This document shows positions 56,662-64,000 of a DNA stretch of 64,000 bases, one piece after another (within the stretch, counting starts at the first letter, position 1; each line of letters starts with the position of its first letter). Origin of the DNA: an uncultured bacterium (lineage in GTDB: Bacteria > Cyanobacteriota > Vampirovibrionia > Gastranaerophilales > Gastranaerophilaceae); the NCBI GenBank assembly GCA_950022695.1, contig CATLLN010000006.1, positions 12,216 through 76,215 of the forward strand, given 5' to 3'. Below the pieces are notes generated by a model. The model saw only the letters and a program-made list of their open reading frames with translations, was not told where the DNA came from and did not search any database. A program made the position numbers and the translations under genes.

Positions 56662-58365
56662 ATGAAGTTGATTAAATTATGGTATAATTTGAAAGAATTT
56701 GGAAATAAAAATGCAGATATTTTGACAGTTTTCGGATTAGCAATAATATTTTATTTCGTATTTTTTCACGGAATCGGAACATATTCTTTGATGGATGTCG
56801 ATGAAACAAGATATGTTGCAATGGCTCGGGATATGTTCTTATCAAAAGATTTTTTGACATTATATTTAAATGGTGAATATTTCTTTGAAAAACCACCTTT
56901 ATATTTTTGGCAGGAGTGTTTGTCTTTTGCTTTATTTGGTAAAATAAATGAATTTACTGCAAGATTTCCTGTAGCACTTTTAGGTTTTTTATTTTGTTTT
57001 GTTGTATATTTTACCTGCAAAAAAAGAATAAATAGAAGATTTGGTGTATTCACATCTTTAATTCTTGCCACATCTTTAGAATTTATCATGCTTGCAAAAT
57101 ATGCGATATTAGATATTGTTTTAACTTTTTATATCGGACTTGCTTTAGTTTGCTATTTTCAGATTTATTTTTGCAAAGAAAATCATAAAAAATTATATTG
57201 GTGGGCATTTTATGTATTTTCCGGACTTGCTGTTATGGCAAAAGGAATACCCGGATTTATAATACCATTTGGTACGGTATTTTTTACATCAATTATGGCT
57301 AAAAAATTTAAAGAAATTTTTAAACCATTATATTTTATACCCGGTGTAATTCTATTTTTATTAATTGTTCTTCCGTGGCATATTGTAATGTTGAATAAAT
57401 ATAATCCTTTATTTTTTGATGAGTATATTATAAAACATCATTTACATAGATTTTTAAATACTGAAAATAATGAAATTGGCAGAAAACAACCTTTTTATTA
57501 TTATCTTTCAGTTATTTTATGGGGATTTATTCCTTGGGTATTTTCAATGATAGCTGTTGCAATTGAAAAAATTAAAAATTGGGATAAACAAAAGTATGTT
57601 GAAAAAATAAGAAATTTTGATTTTGATAAACTTGATAATGTTCATAAAATGCTTGCTCTTTGTTGGGTAATGGTTGTTTTTATTGTACTGTTTTTCTCAA
57701 GTTCTTCAACAAAACTTGTAACTTATATTTTGCCTGTATATTATCCGCTAGCGATAATTATGGGGCTTGTTTGGATGGATTATGCAGATAGAAAAAAACA
57801 CGAAAAGCCAATCAATATTTCAGTTAAAATTTTTGGATGGTTTGCTGTAATAGCAGGAATTGCAGCAATGTTTACTCAATTTTATCTGCCGGCTCAAATT
57901 GAAGATGATATTGCTGAAATTAAATGGTTCAGCTTAATTTGTCTTTTGGTTTTTGGTGTAGGTACTTTATTACTTGTAAAATATAAAAAATATATTGGTG
58001 TATTTGTTTTTTATGTTTTATTTATGACTGTTGTTTCAGCCTTTGCAACAGAAGAATTTTTTGAAGTTGATTACAGATTTGGTCAAAGAGATTTGGTTCA
58101 GTTTGCAAAATATGCAAAAGAAAAAGATTATGCAATTTCGGCGTTTAAGCTTAATAGAAAATATTCACTACTGTATTATAATGACGAAAAAGTAGATTTT
58201 AATGAAAATTTAGAAATTAATTTAAAAACAGTTCAAGAAGATTTAAATAAAAAAGACAATGTTGTTGTTTTGAAAAACAAAGATATGATAAAAATAAAAG
58301 ATAAATTAAAATACAAAATTATCAAAACCGGGCGACGTTATACAATGATTAAAGGAATAAAATAG
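56662..58365 (+). CDS. GT39/GT83-type glycosyltransferase (ArnT / PMT-like, polyprenyl-phosphate-sugar dependent)
   Basis: ~12 TM helices; N-terminal loop DVDETRYVAMARDM and EKPPLYFW motifs. ATG 56662 follows GGAGA (the ORF track TTG 56650 is less likely). Confidence 0.8.
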   Translation: MKLIKLWYNLKEFGNKNADILTVFGLAIIFYFVFFHGIGTYSLMDVDETRYVAMARDMFLSKDFLTLYLNGEYFFEKPPLYFWQECLSFALFGKINEFTARFPVALLGFLFCFVVYFTCKKRINRRFGVFTSLILATSLEFIMLAKYAILDIVLTFYIGLALVCYFQIYFCKENHKKLYWWAFYVFSGLAVMAKGIPGFIIPFGTVFFTSIMAKKFKEIFKPLYFIPGVILFLLIVLPWHIVMLNKYNPLFFDEYIIKHHLHRFLNTENNEIGRKQPFYYYLSVILWGFIPWVFSMIAVAIEKIKNWDKQKYVEKIRNFDFDKLDNVHKMLALCWVMVVFIVLFFSSSSTKLVTYILPVYYPLAIIMGLVWMDYADRKKHEKPINISVKIFGWFAVIAGIAAMFTQFYLPAQIEDDIAEIKWFSLICLLVFGVGTLLLVKYKKYIGVFVFYVLFMTVVSAFATEEFFEVDYRFGQRDLVQFAKYAKEKDYAISAFKLNRKYSLLYYNDEKVDFNENLEINLKTVQEDLNKKDNVVVLKNKDMIKIKDKLKYKIIKTGRRYTMIKGIK

Positions 58366-58372
58366 AAAAATA

Positions 58373-58398
58373 AAAAGACCGAAAGAAATTTCGGTCTT
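58373..58398. terminator. bidirectional terminator
   Basis: AAAGACCGAAA-gaaa-TTTCGGTCTTT. Confidence 0.65.
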
Positions 58399-58428
58399 TA
58401 ATTAAAGATTTGCTTTTATTATAAAAAT

Positions 58429-58617
58429 TTATTTTACATCATCTTTAACAACAATCAAATTGTTCATAATTTTCATAGCACAAGTAGGAAGAACAACGTG
58501 TTCTAAACCATCAGCGATGCCGATAATTTTACCTGCTCCAAGAACAACTTCTTCACCTTTGTACATGAATTTGTAATCTGTTTTTCTGTCTGAACGAATA
58601 GTGATTTTTTCTGCCAT
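58429..58617 (-). CDS. hypothetical small protein
   Basis: 62-aa ORF upstream of nothing recognisable; predicted beta-rich; no family recognised. Confidence 0.45.
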   Translation of the reverse strand: MAEKITIRSDRKTDYKFMYKGEEVVLGAGKIIGIADGLEHVVLPTCAMKIMNNLIVVKDDVK

Positions 58618-58691
58618 AACAATTTGCCCCTTAAATACTGGTTACAGTAAGGAATTATAACTTATTTTCGAGCAAAAATCAAGTATTAAAT

Positions 58692-59933
58692 CTAAACTTC
58701 AAGCATTTTTACGCAGCAATTTCTGTCGACAGTTATTTGATTTCCTTTTTCAAGGTTTTTAATTGATACTTGATGTTTTAGGATTTCATCTTCACCTAAA
58801 ATAAATGCGTATTTAGCAACTTTTGAAGCTTTTTCAAGTTGTTTAGTGAATTTTTTGTTAGTTAAATCAAGTTCAACATTCAATCCCTGACTTCTTAATT
58901 CTTCGGCTAAAACAAAAGCATCGACAGGGAAGTTTGAAACAACATAACCATCAAGTTTTTTAGATTCTTTTTCAGGGAGTAGTGAAATCAATCTTTCCAT
59001 TCCCATTGCAAAACCTACAGCAGGTGTTGGTTCTCCGCCAAGCTGACCAACTAAGCTATCATATCTTCCGCCGCCGCAGACAGCGTTTTGTGAACCTAGA
59101 TTGTTTGATTTAATTTCAAAAACTGTTCTGTTGTAATAGTCTAAACCTCTTACAAGAAGTTTATTTTCACTGTATTTTACACCCATTTTATCAAGATATA
59201 ATTTTAATTCGGTATAATGTTCCGCGCATTCATCGCAAATAAAATCAGAATTAATAACTTCTTGAATTTCAGGTTTTTCAAATATTTTTTTGCAAGATTC
59301 AACTTTGCAATCTAAAAGTCTTAACGGATTTTTTTCGTATCTGTTCTGACAATCTTCGCAAAGCTCGTTAAAATAAGGTTTTAAAACTTCTTTTAACTTG
59401 TTTTTAAATTCTTCACGGCATTTTGGACAACCAAGCGAATTTATTTCGACATCCAAGTCATTCAAACCGATTGATTTTAAATAGTTAACTGCCATTAAAA
59501 TAACTTCAGCATCAGCAGTCGGTTGTTTTATACCAAACATTTCAACTCCAACTTGGTGGAATTGTCTTTGACGTCCGGCTTGCGGTCTTTCATAACGGAA
59601 CATTGGACCTTTATACCATAATTTAACAGGTGCTGAAAGTCTTGACATACCGTTTTCGATATAAGAACGAACTACACCGGCTGTGTTTTCCGGTCGAAGA
59701 GTAATTGATCTGTCACTTTTTTCAAAAGTGTACATTTCTTTGTTTACGATATCAGTTGTATCACCAACACCGCGTGAAAAAAGTTCTGTAACTTCAATTA
59801 TTGGTGTTCTGATTTCTTTGAAACCGTATTTAGAAAAAACTTCATCAGCTTTTTGTTCTATGAAATGCCACATATCAATATTTTGTGGCAAAATGTCTTT
59901 TGTTCCTTTTAAAACTTTTAAAATATTAGCCAT
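58692..59933 (-). CDS. hisS: histidine--tRNA ligase
   Basis: LKGTKDILP, FKEIRTPIIE, LRPENTAGVVR, MFRYERPQAGRQRQFHQ, CGGGRYD motifs. Confidence 0.95.
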   Translation of the reverse strand: MANILKVLKGTKDILPQNIDMWHFIEQKADEVFSKYGFKEIRTPIIEVTELFSRGVGDTTDIVNKEMYTFEKSDRSITLRPENTAGVVRSYIENGMSRLSAPVKLWYKGPMFRYERPQAGRQRQFHQVGVEMFGIKQPTADAEVILMAVNYLKSIGLNDLDVEINSLGCPKCREEFKNKLKEVLKPYFNELCEDCQNRYEKNPLRLLDCKVESCKKIFEKPEIQEVINSDFICDECAEHYTELKLYLDKMGVKYSENKLLVRGLDYYNRTVFEIKSNNLGSQNAVCGGGRYDSLVGQLGGEPTPAVGFAMGMERLISLLPEKESKKLDGYVVSNFPVDAFVLAEELRSQGLNVELDLTNKKFTKQLEKASKVAKYAFILGEDEILKHQVSIKNLEKGNQITVDRNCCVKMLEV

Positions 59934-60007
59934 AATTGAATTATATAATTTAAAGGCTCAAAGTCAAACATATTGACAAAAAGAAAAAAATAATAAATAA
60001 TATAATT

Positions 60008-60116
60008 GTAGGGCGAAGCTCCTAAGAACTAAGCTAACCTTAGAAGCTCCTCAACACCCTATAAAACTAGAAGTAAAATTTGTAAAATCGCTATCATTGC
60101 CGTGATGGCGATTTTT
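60008..60116 (+). ncRNA. candidate antisense (antitoxin-like) sRNA, cassette 1
   Basis: TTGACA (59973-59978)-N17-AATAAT (59996-60001). Intrinsic terminator 60084-60115 (13-bp stem with one U.G that would be A.C on the other strand) plus T-run. Fully antisense to the 3' part of ORF 60059-60136. Confidence 0.35.
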
Positions 60117-60136
60117 ACAATTAATCTAAGTTTCAT
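60059..60136 (-). CDS. 25-aa hydrophobic peptide, type I toxin-like
   Basis: Own translation: MKLRLIVKIAITAMIAILQILLLVL*. SD AAGGAGG 7 nt upstream; TAGACA-N17-TAATAT (with TG) promoter-like pair at 60214-60242. Confidence 0.45.
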   Translation of the reverse strand: MKLRLIVKIAITAMIAILQILLLVL

Positions 60137-60298
60137 AGATTCACCTCCTTTCTGACCAATTTCCTCAAAAAATTGTGTGTGTCAGTGGAAGCATGTATTC
60201 GCCCTATAGATAAATATTATCATGATTCGGTATTCTTGTCTATAAACTTAATAATATGTCAGATATTGATATCTTGACAAAACTAATGAAATAATAAA

Positions 60299-60428
60299 TA
60301 ATATAATTGTAGGGCGAGAGCCTTTAAGTTTTAGTCGGATTAAAGACTCTACTACGCACCCTACGGTTTAAATAATTTTAATGCTACTAAGAGTAAGTCG
60401 AATGCTATTAGTAGCATTATTATTTTAT
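60299..60428 (+). ncRNA. candidate antisense (antitoxin-like) sRNA, cassette 2
   Basis: TTGACA (60264-60269)-N17-AATAAT (60287-60292). Hairpin AATGCTACTA/TAGTAGCATT (60380-60418) followed by a T-rich tract. Antisense to ORF 60361-60435. Confidence 0.35.
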
Positions 60429-60435
60429 CAACCAT
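60361..60435 (-). CDS. 24-aa hydrophobic peptide, type I toxin-like
   Basis: Own translation: MVDKIIMLLIAFDLLLVALKLFKP*. SD AAGGAGG 9 nt upstream; TAGACA-N17-TAAAAT at 60513-60541. Confidence 0.45.
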   Translation of the reverse strand: MVDKIIMLLIAFDLLLVALKLFKP

Positions 60436-60611
60436 AGTTTAAGCCCTCCTTTCGTCCAATTTCTACGTAAATTGTGTGTGACGAAATGGCAGTGTGCCAA
60501 CCCTACGAACCAATTTTACAATAATATGTTATATTTGTCTATAAACTTAATAATAAGTCTGTATTTTTGCATTTTATTTCGTGATATAATCACTCAGAAA
60601 GGAGAGAATTT

Positions 60612-60995
60612 ATGAAATTATTACATACAATGATAAGGGTCAAAAATGCTGATGAGAGTGTAAAATTTTACACTGAACTTTTGAATATGAAACTTGATAA
60701 AAAGAAAAGATTAGATGATTGCTGGTTATATTTTTTGACAGATGAAGACGGTACAACACAGCTTGAACTTACAGCAAATGATGAAACACCTGAGAATGGT
60801 TATAATTTGGGTTCAGGATTCGGACATTTGGCATTTTCTGTGGAATCTTTGGATGAATTTACTGAAAAACTACACTCGCTTGGATATGAGTATCTTTATG
60901 AACCTTTTGATTTAAACGGAAAAGGTACAAAGATTGCTTTTGTTACAGATCCTGACGGTTATGAAATAGAGCTTATAGAAAAAGTTGTTTGGTAG
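60612..60995 (+). CDS. gloA: lactoylglutathione lyase (glyoxalase I, VOC family)
   Basis: LLHTMIRVKN...FY, ELT.N, GFGHLAF, DPDGYEIELIE motifs; SD AAAGGAGAG. Confidence 0.85.
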   Translation: MKLLHTMIRVKNADESVKFYTELLNMKLDKKKRLDDCWLYFLTDEDGTTQLELTANDETPENGYNLGSGFGHLAFSVESLDEFTEKLHSLGYEYLYEPFDLNGKGTKIAFVTDPDGYEIELIEKVVW

Positions 60996-61051
60996 TGCTT
61001 TGTAAGGGGTCAACTCTTGACAAAAGATGTAAAATCGTAAATAATAAAATA

Positions 61052-61132
61052 ACAGGGTGGTACCTTGAGAAAGTGCCGGAAACCTTGAGAAGACTATACG
61101 GTTCTTATCTGTTTAGATGAGAGCCGTTTTTT
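61052..61132 (+). ncRNA. candidate antisense (antitoxin-like) sRNA, cassette 3
   Basis: TTGACA (61017-61022)-N17-AATAAT (61040-61045), same layout as cassettes 1 and 2. Terminator 61098-61127 (13-bp stem with two U.G pairs that exist only on the plus strand) plus TTTTT. Confidence 0.35.
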
Positions 61133-61185
61133 AATATGTACAAAATCAAAAAGATTAAAAATAAAGTCAGATTGAAATTATCCAT
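61105..61185 (-). CDS. 26-aa hydrophobic peptide, type I toxin-like
   Basis: Own translation: MDNFNLTLFLIFLILYILKNGSHLNR*. SD AAGGGGG 5 nt upstream; TATAAT at 61283-61288 (minus). Confidence 0.4.
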   Translation of the reverse strand: MDNFNLTLFLIFLILYILKNGSHLNR

Positions 61186-61290
61186 ATCAGCCCCCTTTCT
61201 AGCCGGGAACCAACCCGAAGACTATACAATAATTGTCGGCTGGTTTCTTTAAGAAAAGGTCTCTTTTACCCTGTTAAATATTATTATAAT

Positions 61291-61566
61291 TTATTCATCA
61301 ATTAATGTAAAATTTTTACCGAGTTTATTTTCTAATTCTTTCATAAATTCTGAGGGTGTAATATCAAGAGCTTGTAATATTTTTAATAATGTAACAAATT
61401 TTATTTCTCCCAATCCTCGTTCAATTCTGCTTAAATTACTGTCATTTAAATCATATTCATCTGCGAATTTTTTACGGGAAATATATCCTTTTTTAATTCT
61501 AAGTTCTTTAATGTAAGAACCTAAAACAACCGCTAAATGTAAAGTTTTTTCAGAAATCTCTTGCAT
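61291..61566 (-). CDS. XRE-family HTH transcriptional regulator
   Basis: SRKKFADEYDLNDSNLSRIERG HTH core. Confidence 0.75.
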   Translation of the reverse strand: MQEISEKTLHLAVVLGSYIKELRIKKGYISRKKFADEYDLNDSNLSRIERGLGEIKFVTLLKILQALDITPSEFMKELENKLGKNFTLIDE

Positions 61567-61575
61567 TATCTTTTA

Positions 61576-61908
61576 TTATTTATTTAGTACAAAATCCGCA
61601 AATAATTTGAGAATATTTAAAATTAATTTTAAATATTTGCTTTCAAATTTATTTAACTCTTTTTCTATTGATTTAATTAATTGTTCATCAGTTTTGTTTT
61701 GTTCAAAATCAAATAATTCATAATAACTAACATCAAGTTTTGACGCAATCCGTTCTAATGTTTTAAAAGAGATTGTTCGTTTACCTGTTTCAATCAATCC
61801 AATAGTGGTTGGTTCAAGCCCAACAACCTCAGCAAACTGCTGTTGAGTCTGTTTTCTGCTTTCTCTTATTTCTTTTAATTTTTTTCCAAACAAAGTACTT
61901 AATGACAT
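61576..61908 (-). CDS. XRE-family HTH transcriptional regulator
   Basis: TQQQFAEVVGLEPTTIGLIETGKR HTH core with helical C-terminal extension. Confidence 0.75.
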   Translation of the reverse strand: MSLSTLFGKKLKEIRESRKQTQQQFAEVVGLEPTTIGLIETGKRTISFKTLERIASKLDVSYYELFDFEQNKTDEQLIKSIEKELNKFESKYLKLILNILKLFADFVLNK

Positions 61909-61999
61909 ATATTCATACTAATCGGTTATAAGTTTAGTTACTACTACCAATTAAGATATAAAATTTAACTAATTTTGTTAAGTTTTATGAATTAAATTA

Positions 62000-62209
62000 T
62001 TACGATTCTTCATTTACTTCGATTAAAATATCATTTATTTTACAATTAAAGAATTTTGCTATAGTTTCTAATGTCTTTAATTCATAATTATAGTATTTTC
62101 CGCTAAATAATTGACTTACAGTATTTTTACTTAAGCCAGTTTTATCAGCAATTTCTTCTTGTGTATATTTCTTTTTCCAACGAATATTATACAAATTAAC
62201 AATATACAT
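62000..62209 (-). CDS. XRE-family HTH transcriptional regulator (short, YozG-like)
   Basis: YTQEEIADKTGLSKNTVSQLFSGK; same architecture as 6140-6343. Confidence 0.7.
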   Translation of the reverse strand: MYIVNLYNIRWKKKYTQEEIADKTGLSKNTVSQLFSGKYYNYELKTLETIAKFFNCKINDILIEVNEES

Positions 62210-62320
62210 ATATTTAAATATATAATTTGATTGTGTTTATTGAACAATATCCAAATATAAAGTATAATTAATCCTATATAGTAGGAAATTTGAAATATTT
62301 TTTAATATTATTGAGGAATA

Positions 62321-62785
62321 ATGAAACTAGTCACACTGAATAAAGACCAGATAGATAAATTACTTGAATACAAACGATTGAATATCGATTATAAAAAATC
62401 AATATCGCTCGATATATACGATAATCAACTTACACTAAATAACAATGGGATTATCTTTACACTACAAAGTGCCAATTTTGAATTTGAAAACTATGAAAAA
62501 ATACATTATTGGGTTGCAGATGAACTTAAAAATATGGTTTGCGAATATTTTAATTTAAATTCCAATGAAGTAATTCTTCGCTCTTTTTCTCCGGAAGAAA
62601 CTATTTTTGGTGTTCGACTGGTTCCGCAAAAAGAGTTACTTTTGCTAGTTTGCACGAGAAAAATAGCAATGACAAATACTTCTGAATTGTTTGAAATAAA
62701 TGATCCTGAAAGACATGAACAAATTGGACTTTATAGACAGCTTGGTAATTCTTATTATTACTTCAAGTGGATTGATGAAGAATAA
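62321..62785 (+). CDS. hypothetical protein
   Basis: 154-aa ORF divergent from the XRE trio; no family recognised. Confidence 0.45.
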   Translation: MKLVTLNKDQIDKLLEYKRLNIDYKKSISLDIYDNQLTLNNNGIIFTLQSANFEFENYEKIHYWVADELKNMVCEYFNLNSNEVILRSFSPEETIFGVRLVPQKELLLLVCTRKIAMTNTSELFEINDPERHEQIGLYRQLGNSYYYFKWIDEE

Positions 62786-62910
62786 TTATATTTAATAATC
62801 AGCATGCCAGTATATACAATCTTTACATATTTTAATTTATTTACAACAAAATTTCCTCATTGTATTATGATATAAGTAAGTTATGATAAAGATTTCTTTC
62901 GGAGGCTAAA

Positions 62911-64000
62911 TTGGTAGAAAGATTTTATATAAAAGGCGGAACCCCGTTAAAAGGTGAAGTTTCTATAGGCGGTGCTAAAAATTCGGTTTTAAAACTTATG
63001 GCAGCAGCTATTCTTGCCAAAGGTGAATCCAAAATTTATAATGTACCGGATTTAACAGATGTTGAAATTATGCTTAGCGTAATTGCACAGCTTGGATGTA
63101 AAACAAGTTATAACAGAGAAGAAAAATCTCTTACAATTGATGCGACTGATATTACTAACGTAACTGCAAGTTATGAATTGGTTAGTAAAATGAGAGCATC
63201 TTTTATCGTTTTAGGAGCATTGGTTTCCCGCTGCAAAGAAGCTCGTGTAGCGTTACCGGGCGGATGCGCTATCGGTGAAAGACGTGTTGATTTCCATATT
63301 CGAGGACTTGAAGCATTAGGTGCTAAAATTAAAATCGAAAACGGTTACGTACACGCTAAAACTAACAAACTTGTTGGTTCTGATGTATATCTTGATATTC
63401 CGTCAGTTGGTGCTACAGAAAATATTATGTTAGCATCAGTCTTAGCTGAAGGATCTACAAAGATTCAAAACGCGGCTCAAGAACCGGAAATTGTTGATTT
63501 AGCAAATTTCTTAAATACAATGGGTGCTGATATTGTCGGTGCAGGTACTTCTGAAATTATTATCAATGGTGTAAAACAAACAGATTTACATCCAATTGAA
63601 TATACAACAATTCCTGACAGAATCGAAGCCGGAACTTATATGACAGCAATTATTGCAACTAAAGGTAAGGGTATTATCAAAAATATTTATCCGGCACATT
63701 TGACATTTTTCACTGATAAATTGTTAAAAATGGGCGCTAATATTAAGCTTTTAGACCCGACATCTATGGAAGTAAGCTGTAAAAACCGATTGAATTCTAT
63801 AAACTTTGTAACTCAGCCGTATCCGGGATTTCCTACCGATTTGCAATCAATGGCAATGACTCTTTTGACAACAGCAAACGGTGTTGGAATTATTACAGAA
63901 AGTTTATACGAAAACAGATTTATGCAAGTGCCTGATTTAAACAGAATGGGCGCTGATATTCATCAGGATAGAAACCACGCTATTATAAAAGGTGTTAAAA
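62911..64000 (+). CDS. murA: UDP-N-acetylglucosamine 1-carboxyvinyltransferase, 5' part (runs off the window end)
   Basis: Own translation from TTG 62911 (5 nt after GGAGG): VERFYIKGGTPLKGEVSIGGAKNSVLKLMAAAIL..., LPGGCAIGERRVDFHIRGLEALGA (active-site Cys loop); open to 64000. Confidence 0.9.
   Translation, partial: MVERFYIKGGTPLKGEVSIGGAKNSVLKLMAAAILAKGESKIYNVPDLTDVEIMLSVIAQLGCKTSYNREEKSLTIDATDITNVTASYELVSKMRASFIVLGALVSRCKEARVALPGGCAIGERRVDFHIRGLEALGAKIKIENGYVHAKTNKLVGSDVYLDIPSVGATENIMLASVLAEGSTKIQNAAQEPEIVDLANFLNTMGADIVGAGTSEIIINGVKQTDLHPIEYTTIPDRIEAGTYMTAIIATKGKGIIKNIYPAHLTFFTDKLLKMGANIKLLDPTSMEVSCKNRLNSINFVTQPYPGFPTDLQSMAMTLLTTANGVGIITESLYENRFMQVPDLNRMGADIHQDRNHAIIKGVK

Larger units (their letters stand above)
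59973..60560. repeat. tandem duplication (~291-bp period) of a small-ORF/antisense-RNA cassette
   Basis: 29-nt identical block AAATAATAAATAATATAATTGTAGGGCGA at 59988-60016 and 60279-60307. Shared CCTCCTTTC, AATTGTGTGTG and TTGTCTATAAACTTAATAATA blocks occur in the same order. Confidence 0.8.

Noticed and set aside
59934-60200. T-box leader for hisS
   Set aside because: No T-box sequence or specifier-loop architecture is present. The structures here belong to a separate small-ORF transcript that ends in its own terminator before the hisS promoter.

Overview
AT-rich chromosomal segment from a diderm (outer-membrane-bearing) bacterium. Gene content suggests a non-photosynthetic, cyanobacteria-related gut lineage (Melainabacteria/Vampirovibrionia-like), but this is inference only. 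Supporting genes: BamA plus a Skp-like chaperone, a ycf45-type R3H/AAA ATPase, PPi-dependent phosphofructokinase, many prepilin-type proteins and many small XRE regulators. Most of the window is housekeeping: rsmI, bamA, tpiA, pfp, grpE-dnaJ, speE, the yceD-rpmF-plsX-fabH / fabD-fabG-acpP-fabF lipid block, thiE, recJ, manC, an emrAB-marR-tolC efflux unit, ilvE, dnaN, hisS, gloA and the 5' part of murA. There is one tRNA-Ile(GAU) and no rRNA, CRISPR array or recognisable transposase or integrase. The strongest non-routine signal is a three-member family of type I toxin-antitoxin-like cassettes around gloA (59973-61290). Each has a 24-26 aa hydrophobic peptide ORF with a strong SD on the minus strand and a convergent plus-strand antisense RNA with a conserved TTGACA-N17-AATAAT promoter. 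Stems covary between copies and G.U/C.A mismatch polarity is strand specific. Other notable items are listed here. (1) Seven TTTTCTACA (DnaA-box-like) repeats plus an extremely AT-rich tract near dnaN, a candidate oriC. (2) A transmembrane-less FlhA/SctV cytoplasmic-domain protein. (3) An Abi_2/HEPN-like gene preceded by a closed 76-nt hairpin. (4) A GC-rich structured ~200-nt region next to tRNA-Ile that carries partial tRNA 3'-end copies. (5) A frameshifted pilin gene with a duplicated leader, inserted together with an XRE gene into the fatty-acid operon. (6) A split MORN-repeat/LysM gene. All calls rest on reading the sequence and recalled family motifs. No database search was run.
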